The notes under the pieces are model-generated. The model was not told the DNA's origin. It did no database searches and saw only the letters and a list, made by a program, of their open reading frames with translations. 11,865 nt of DNA from a virus (lineage: Duplodnaviria > Heunggongvirae > Uroviricota > Caudoviricetes): IMG/VR virus record IMGVR_UViG_2703718850_000008; one strand, given 5' to 3'. This document shows, in pieces, positions 6,848-11,865 of the stretch (position 1 is its first letter; each line of letters opens with the position of its first letter). A program made the translations under genes and the position numbers.

Positions 6848-8008
6848 TTATTCAACCTCTTCTAAACTGCTCACTCTGGACCCTCGGCGGAAATTATCAT
6901 CATTTTTAACATACTCGTATGAATCCAGAATCAAACCAGATATGCGAAGTATATCTTCCGGATTAGTTATATGTATCCTTTTACCATCCGTATCAAGTCG
7001 AGCTCGTCTTATTTCATTCAACTGAACTTCACTAAGCGAAATAGGTAAAGTTATAAATGAAGATTTTTTATCATAAAATCTTAACAGCCATCTATTAGTT
7101 TTACCATTCAATAGCACACCAAAATATGACTCAGTATCTTTATATTCTATATTATCTTCTGTTTGTATGATTTGTTTTACCCTTTCAAATAGCTCCAATT
7201 CTTTGGCTGTGGTTATTATGTTGGGGTTTTCTTCATCAACAATGGCGTTATTAACTTGTGTATCCGTTGCATCATTTTCTTTAGTTTGCTCTACCGGTTG
7301 TGTAGATAGCCCGGAAACCACCATTGCGCTAACAGCGCGCTCAACGGCCTGTTTAACTAATGGAGTCACGAACTCAAGAAATCTCTGATTAAGTTGTCTC
7401 TCAATATTTGAACGACTAGCAACATATCGAACAAACTCCAGATCAACTTCACGAAGACTAGAACTGATTGTTTTAGTAAATGAATTCAAATAAACACTTT
7501 CTTCAGCCAGTGTCCGTAAAGCCTCTGGTTTGAATTTATCATAACGAAAACGAAATAATTGTGTAATATCGGAGTGAGTTAGAGAATCCATTCTTATTTT
7601 TAAAAACGGCGTTGAATCCATTATGTTTTTTTGTTTCAAATCCGTAAAAAAACGCCATTCAACACCATTTGTAATGGCTGATATAGTAACTTCCGGTGTT
7701 GAATTAAAATATCTTGATAGCTGTGGGCAGTGATTATCAATTTGTTCTGAAAACGATTTCGCCTCAATGAACATCACAGGAACATCATGACAAAATAAAG
7801 CGTAATCAACCCGTTCATTAGCCTTAACCCCGGGGAAGTCAGCACTATACTCAGCTTTGACTTTTCTTGGATCATACGGAGTAAAACCAAGAATATCTAG
7901 TAATGGCATAATGAGTGCTTGTTTTGTCGTTTCTTCAGTTGTACAAAACACCCCCATTTTTGCAACATGCTCTGTGTGTATTTTTAACTTATTTGCAAAA
8001 TTTTCCAT
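6848..8008 (-). CDS. PD-(D/E)xK nuclease with HsdR-N-terminal-like domain plus uncharacterised C-terminal domain; prophage cargo (moron), candidate defence/exclusion protein
   Basis: Start taken at the ATG at 8008..8006 (MENFANKLK...) because GGAGGAG lies 6 nt upstream; the in-frame ATG at 8023 has no SD. The N-terminal ~150 aa carry TEETTKQALIMPLLDILGF...ERVDYALF...VMFIEAKS, i.e. the E...D...EAK pattern and the LIxPxLxxLG motif typical of type I restriction HsdR N-terminal-like PD-(D/E)xK domains. The coding sequence is visibly more AT-rich than the flanking tail genes and is followed by its own terminator. Confidence 0.7.
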   Translation of the reverse strand: MENFANKLKIHTEHVAKMGVFCTTEETTKQALIMPLLDILGFTPYDPRKVKAEYSADFPGVKANERVDYALFCHDVPVMFIEAKSFSEQIDNHCPQLSRYFNSTPEVTISAITNGVEWRFFTDLKQKNIMDSTPFLKIRMDSLTHSDITQLFRFRYDKFKPEALRTLAEESVYLNSFTKTISSSLREVDLEFVRYVASRSNIERQLNQRFLEFVTPLVKQAVERAVSAMVVSGLSTQPVEQTKENDATDTQVNNAIVDEENPNIITTAKELELFERVKQIIQTEDNIEYKDTESYFGVLLNGKTNRWLLRFYDKKSSFITLPISLSEVQLNEIRRARLDTDGKRIHITNPEDILRISGLILDSYEYVKNDDNFRRGSRVSSLEEVE

Positions 8009-8036
8009 GCTTGTCTCCTCCATGGTAACAATATGT

Positions 8037-8066
8037 ATTTTGCAAATCCGAAATAATATATGTCAA
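8037..8066 (-). promoter_or_regulatory. Putative sigma70-type promoter for the nuclease gene (TTGACA - 18 nt - CAAAAT)
   Basis: Minus-strand TTGACA at 8066..8061 followed after 18 nt by CAAAAT at 8042..8037, about 30 nt upstream of the start codon, within a 149-bp AT-rich intergenic region. The -10 is weak; this is a prediction by eye only. Confidence 0.25.
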
Positions 8067-8157
8067 TATGCTCCAGCTTAGAAAATTACTCGCCCCCCTA
8101 AAATATCTCTCTACAGCACTCCAAACCAAGGTAAAAGTTTTATCATAAAACTGTGAT

Positions 8158-8505
8158 TCATACCGGCACCTGCGTCCGGTAACTGGTCCCATTAAAAAAC
8201 ACAACATCGATGTTATAGGTGGGGTTATCTGCTCCATCTACCTTTGAAATTGCCAGTGATGCAAAATACCCAGCAAACTGTTGCTGAACCATGTTCACAT
8301 AGTAGTCTGGGTAAATCTGCTGCACGATGCACTGCTGTGCAGGAATACCGTAATTCGCGTAAAACGGCGACTCCCCCAATCCCAGCTTTAACGTCTGAAT
8401 GAGCGTCGTCAGCCAGCCGTAGGAGAAATCACCGTTGGCGTCAGATTCTACTGCAACCCATTTTTTGTTGCCGTTCGCGTCGGTGACGCGGCCCCATGTT
8501 CTCAT
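8158..8505 (-). CDS. Baseplate protein, gpW / gp25-like (sheath-initiator family) by motif, size and position
   Basis: 115 aa, sitting between the V-like and J-like genes where W sits in P2/Mu. It contains LIQTLKLGLGESPFYANYG, which aligns with the gp25/gpW signature as I recall it (T4 gp25 ...TTRKGSRPFDPEFG, P2 W ...TPVGSRVMRRDYG; spacing G-x8-(Y/F)G conserved). The start overlaps the upstream ORF stop (ATGA). Confidence 0.45.
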   Translation of the reverse strand: MRTWGRVTDANGNKKWVAVESDANGDFSYGWLTTLIQTLKLGLGESPFYANYGIPAQQCIVQQIYPDYYVNMVQQQFAGYFASLAISKVDGADNPTYNIDVVFFNGTSYRTQVPV

Positions 8506-8705
8506 CGTGCCCCCATCACTTTAACTAACTCTGTCAGTACTGGTGAAAAGGCAAATGCTAAAGCTACGAGTGCAGCGGTGTAATACATGCGTCGTAAGGT
8601 ATTGCTTTTTGCCACTAATTTTAAGGCTTTCACAATCCAGTCTCCTCCGCTAAAATTAATCACGGAAGACCTCCAAACATACGTAATCATCCCTTGCGTA
8701 TTCAA
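8502..8705 (-). CDS. Small hypothetical protein with a hydrophobic C-terminal segment; start uncertain
   Basis: The ORF-track start is a TTG inside the T-tract of the upstream terminator, which is implausible. A GTG at about 8600 preceded by GGAGGAG would give a ~43-aa product ending in YYTAALVALAFAFSPVLTELV, a possible transmembrane helix. It may not be a real gene. Confidence 0.25.
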   Translation of the reverse strand: MNTQGMITYVWRSSVINFSGGDWIVKALKLVAKSNTLRRMYYTAALVALAFAFSPVLTELVKVMGAR

Positions 8706-8717
8706 GGTGAGAAACAG

Positions 8718-8749
8718 AAAACCCCGACTGGGCCAACAGTCGGGGTTTT
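8718..8749. terminator. Intrinsic terminator-like hairpin downstream of the V-like gene
   Basis: AAAACCCCGACTG-GGCCAA-CAGTCGGGGTTTT: 13-bp stem, 6-nt loop. On the minus strand it is followed by TTTTCTGTTTCT; on the plus strand by TTTTCGTTTT. Confidence 0.55.
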
Positions 8750-8787
8750 CGTTTTATGGTCAGAATTTAAAGTGAAATGAACCGGTA

Positions 8788-9501
8788 TTAACCAGGATTT
8801 GGTTTCTTCGACGTAATCGTGCTGCTGCCGCTTTGAACACCAGTCACATCGTGGCTGTGGCCGCTGACGCTCACGCCGTTGATAACTGCATCCATCTCGA
8901 CATTAAGAGGACCAATCAGCGAAGCGGTTGTATCCTTCATCTGGGCTTTGTCCTGGACGATCGGTCCATTGAGGTGAATTTTCCCGTTCAGGAAAATATC
9001 TTCGGCCTCGAGGTAAACAGCTTTCGACTTTTGCCTGATTTCTTCCAGAGCCACCATTACCGAGCTACTGCCGTCCTCTGTTTTGAGGATCGCGCCATCC
9101 GGACCGTACAAAACGATTTTTTGCGGATCTTCGTCGGACCACTCCTTGTTTGCCAATGGCACGAAAAACAGGGGAGTGAGCGACATCGAGTAAGAAAGCG
9201 TTGCCATACCGGTTCCCAATCCGGACACACCGCGCAGTGATACATCAGCGGCAATTGTTACTCCTCGATCGCCCGGCTGTATCGGGTAACGGATATACGG
9301 GAATGTGGCGACAGGGATTGTTATCTGCGGGAAGTTGATCCCCTCCGGCAGCATATCAAACTGAACTGTCACTATTTGCCCGCAGATATCGACAACATGG
9401 CAGGGCAATTCGCGGCCTTTAAGCTCGGCTTGCTGGTTACCAGAACTGGTCATCATCTCCGACAGTGTTCGGAGAAACGGTAATTTTTGAGCGTTTGACA
9501 T
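8788..9501 (-). CDS. Baseplate central spike protein, gpV-like
   Basis: 237 aa. The C-terminal SGHSHDVTGVQSGSS resembles the His-containing apex motif of P2 gpV / Mu gp45 spikes (P2 V ...HTHKHPGDSGG as recalled). It sits upstream of the W-like gene, and its start overlaps the upstream stop (TAATG). Confidence 0.5.
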   Translation of the reverse strand: MSNAQKLPFLRTLSEMMTSSGNQQAELKGRELPCHVVDICGQIVTVQFDMLPEGINFPQITIPVATFPYIRYPIQPGDRGVTIAADVSLRGVSGLGTGMATLSYSMSLTPLFFVPLANKEWSDEDPQKIVLYGPDGAILKTEDGSSSVMVALEEIRQKSKAVYLEAEDIFLNGKIHLNGPIVQDKAQMKDTTASLIGPLNVEMDAVINGVSVSGHSHDVTGVQSGSSTITSKKPNPG

Positions 9502-10508
9502 TACACCCTCGCCCAGTTCTCAGCATATGCCTCAAATACCGTCACCCAGGCATCGCCATCGGCTGTCAGATACGAACCAATGTGTCTGACTGATTTCACA
9601 AGAAATTTCCCGGTGAACGTGGTCGAATTTTTTGCGATAACGCTGGGTACCGTTGTATTAGCCATCACAATCGACGCAGCGCCAGAATATAGCCCCTCCG
9701 GCAGTTTAACCACATCACCACATCTGATATCGCCTCTCATAGGGCATTTGAAACTGACGGTAAACGGCGCTATCCATGTCGGCTGCCCGACCAGTTCATG
9801 GGCATGAATTGTTTTTGGCTCACCCCACTTTGCCGATGCGTTATCGTAGATTCGTATTCTGTCGGAAAGAATACTGATGGCGATTCCGCTATACCTTTCA
9901 TTACGCATCATCGCAATAGAGGCGTTTTTTACGACCATAGCCAGCGAACCAATCTCCGTATATTTGCCCGTCCACGGCTCTGGCAAAACCAGGTTGTCGC
10001 TGACTGTGCAATCAATAAGTTTATTGGGATATGCTTTTTGCAAAGCGCGGACTAAAACATCACCCACCCTTTCCCCTGCTTCCCCCTGCCCCTCAATTGA
10101 AAAAGGGTTACCGTCATCGGTTTTGCGTATGCTTGGATTTATTACCAGGTTTAAAGTCTGGTTCGTGCCGATCCAGTTGGCATAGGCCAGATAAATTTCA
10201 CCATAGATTACCTCCCCCTGTTGATCCTTATTTGCCAGTGGTAACCCCTGAACAAAGCCTGCTTTCATACGTACCAGACAACCCTGCAAACTTACGCTTT
10301 GCTTCAGCATGTCAATTGGTAATCCATAGATCGTCAGCATCGTACCCGAACAGACTACATCCAGGCCGGTTACTTCAAAGTCAAATTCAACATGCAACCC
10401 ACATCCTGGTGTTTCATTGGTATCAAAAGGTCCAATGGGTTTTCCATTGCTATCCACTGGCGGCTTGCCTGTTTTAGGATTAATAATTTCCAGTCGGTAA
10501 TAACGCAT
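9501..10508 (-). CDS. Phage baseplate/tail morphogenesis protein (possible hub-type protein); family unresolved
   Basis: 335-aa ORF, translationally coupled on both sides (TAATG overlaps at 9501 and 10508), immediately upstream of the spike gene. No motif recognised. Confidence 0.45.
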   Translation of the reverse strand: MRYYRLEIINPKTGKPPVDSNGKPIGPFDTNETPGCGLHVEFDFEVTGLDVVCSGTMLTIYGLPIDMLKQSVSLQGCLVRMKAGFVQGLPLANKDQQGEVIYGEIYLAYANWIGTNQTLNLVINPSIRKTDDGNPFSIEGQGEAGERVGDVLVRALQKAYPNKLIDCTVSDNLVLPEPWTGKYTEIGSLAMVVKNASIAMMRNERYSGIAISILSDRIRIYDNASAKWGEPKTIHAHELVGQPTWIAPFTVSFKCPMRGDIRCGDVVKLPEGLYSGAASIVMANTTVPSVIAKNSTTFTGKFLVKSVRHIGSYLTADGDAWVTVFEAYAENWARV

Positions 10509-10774
10509 TACGAAACCTCAAACTGATTCGTACTTTCGCGAAAAACAAGTTTCCCCGGAGAGCAAGGCAGCGCCAGATTGATGTCGTAACTGTCAGGTGA
10601 CGCGATCAAAGGCATGTATACAATCACGTCGCCTGAACTGTCTTTCAGTTCCAGGTAGTAACGATTTGCATACAGATTAAACGGAACGCGGGCGAATGTT
10701 TCATATTCTCCGATTCTGGCAGTGAACTGAAATGGTCCTCGCCCGTCAGGTTTGAAAGGAATTAACGTTGTCAT
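10508..10774 (-). CDS. Small phage tail-module protein, function unknown
   Basis: 88-aa ORF with start/stop overlaps to both neighbours (ATGA at 10771..10774, TAATG at 10508). Coding is inferred from operon context only. Confidence 0.4.
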   Translation of the reverse strand: MTTLIPFKPDGRGPFQFTARIGEYETFARVPFNLYANRYYLELKDSSGDVIVYMPLIASPDSYDINLALPCSPGKLVFRESTNQFEVS

Positions 10775-11439
10775 AAGCCAAAACCAAACTCCTGCACGAC
10801 CTGGTTCTTAATACCTGACCACGATAGCGCCCCGTCTGACGGCATCCCTTTATCAAATTTATCCAGAACGCTCGCCAGCGTTTTTACCGTTTGTTCGACA
10901 GACGACAATGGTTGCTCAAACTCAATCTGCCAGGTGTGCTGAACCTGCTTGTTCTGCTCAGAGAAACCGGATGTATCGATAAACGACCGCATCAGACAGC
11001 GCGTGTAGATGAAAGATGGCGTCATTACGGTGTAACAACCGCCATACTGGTTATGCATATCGAGCGCCATTTTCAGCGCCGTGAATGTCATCCCCTTAGT
11101 GATGTAGCCACCGTCCTCCGTTGATGCCGGACGGATCATCTGCATGACTACCCGGTTAGGCTTCTTGACGGTCGCATTCGCTGCCGTTACCTGGTTATAG
11201 AAATTCAGGTTGCAAATATCCTGCTGAACCAACGTTGTCCCCGCCATCGGGGTAAATGCCGCCATCGAGCGTGTACGAATCTCGCCATGCAGCAGACCGT
11301 TCACAATGCTTAGGCCTTCGGTCAAAACAGCAATCGGCATCACCCCGCCGGGAATTTTCGACGCTATGCCATCAACTAAAAGAATGGGCGATACTTCAAA
11401 CGCCAGTTTGAAAGCTTGTCCAAAGTAATTAAGTGACAT
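10771..11439 (-). CDS. Phage tail/baseplate morphogenesis protein, function unknown
   Basis: 222-aa ORF. The ATG at 11439 follows the upstream stop (11443..11445) by 3 nt and is preceded by a G-rich SD-like stretch. Part of the same coupled operon. Confidence 0.45.
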   Translation of the reverse strand: MSLNYFGQAFKLAFEVSPILLVDGIASKIPGGVMPIAVLTEGLSIVNGLLHGEIRTRSMAAFTPMAGTTLVQQDICNLNFYNQVTAANATVKKPNRVVMQMIRPASTEDGGYITKGMTFTALKMALDMHNQYGGCYTVMTPSFIYTRCLMRSFIDTSGFSEQNKQVQHTWQIEFEQPLSSVEQTVKTLASVLDKFDKGMPSDGALSWSGIKNQVVQEFGFGL

Positions 11440-11442
11440 GGT

Positions 11443-11850
11443 TTACCCCGGTATTTGTTGCATTCCGGCGAGTTGTGCCAGTATGTCGGAACCTGGTTTT
11501 TGTTGAACGTCGAGCCTGATTACCTGAGAAGTATTATTTGGTGAATATACCTTCCCCCGGTTCATTGCCAGCGCCCGCATCACATCATCGCCACTTACTG
11601 CACGAGCGGCGTCCCCATTTTCATGGTTAATAATGCCCTGAATTAGCTTTCTCATTATCTCAAAATTAGAACCATCGATTTTCTCCTTAACACCTAATCC
11701 AGTGTACTGAGAGAGATAGCTTTTATAGGACGATGTGTTATTTCCATCAGATGAAGGGGCATAAATATCAATAATCTGATCAATCGTATTTTTGCCGCGT
11801 TTCAGGTATAGCATTACTTGCCGATCTAAGGCAGCAATGCCTTCCAGCAT
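11443..11850 (-). CDS. Phage tail-module protein, probably 5'-truncated by the window edge
   Basis: ORF with an internal Met at 11850; the reading frame stays open (A-S-F-P-T-M) to the window edge at 11865, so the true start may lie outside the window. Function unknown. Confidence 0.4.
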   Translation of the reverse strand: MLEGIAALDRQVMLYLKRGKNTIDQIIDIYAPSSDGNNTSSYKSYLSQYTGLGVKEKIDGSNFEIMRKLIQGIINHENGDAARAVSGDDVMRALAMNRGKVYSPNNTSQVIRLDVQQKPGSDILAQLAGMQQIPG

Positions 11851-11865
11851 CGTCGGGAAGCTGGC

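Noticed and set aside
5970-6865. ORFs 5970..6167 (+), 6176..6358 (-) and 6551..6865 (+) within the J-like gene region
   Set aside because: They are embedded or antisense frame artefacts. The 6551..6865 ORF also runs through the terminator hairpin.
8008-8023. Longer start for the nuclease (ATG at 8023, MEETSMENF...)
   Set aside because: There is no Shine-Dalgarno sequence upstream of 8023, whereas GGAGGAG is ideally spaced before the ATG at 8008.
7167-8237. ORFs 7167..7388 (+), 7857..8081 (+) and 7989..8237 (-)
   Set aside because: The first two are antisense to the nuclease gene. The third spans the W-like stop, the intergenic region and the nuclease start in another frame, which is not a plausible gene.
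8587-10477. Plus-strand ORFs antisense to the baseplate genes (8587..8775, 8833..9240, 9580..9807, 9798..10055, 9877..10185, 10031..10477, and also 10891..11124)
   Set aside because: All are antisense to tightly coupled, well-structured minus-strand genes, with Pro/Arg/Cys-rich or low-complexity translations.
1-11865. CRISPR arrays, tRNA or rRNA genes, integrase or attachment sites
   Set aside because: No regularly spaced direct repeats, no tRNA-like or rRNA-like sequence and no recombinase ORF were seen. The prophage boundary is probably outside this window.

Overview
All substantial genes in this window are on the minus strand and form the distal end of a myovirus-type prophage tail module (enterobacterial-looking). 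Reading the minus strand from high to low coordinates: a translationally coupled block of baseplate genes (11850 to 8788) ending in a gpV-like spike; a hairpin terminator; a small ORF and a gpW/gp25-like gene; an AT-rich single-gene insert encoding a PD-(D/E)xK nuclease (6848..8008) with its own Shine-Dalgarno, putative promoter and intrinsic terminator; then J-like, I-like, tail fibre and tail fibre assembly genes (6807 to 2873); a decayed second tail-fibre gene (2849..2119); a long AT-rich non-coding region; and a YadA-like trimeric autotransporter adhesin gene (1322..1) broken by a 99-N assembly gap inside its stalk repeats. The most interesting object is the nuclease insert between the W-like and J-like genes, which I read as horizontally acquired cargo and a candidate, possibly undescribed, single-gene anti-phage or exclusion function. 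No rRNA, tRNA, CRISPR array, integrase or invertase was seen. All family assignments come from reading the translations against remembered motifs; no database search was run.
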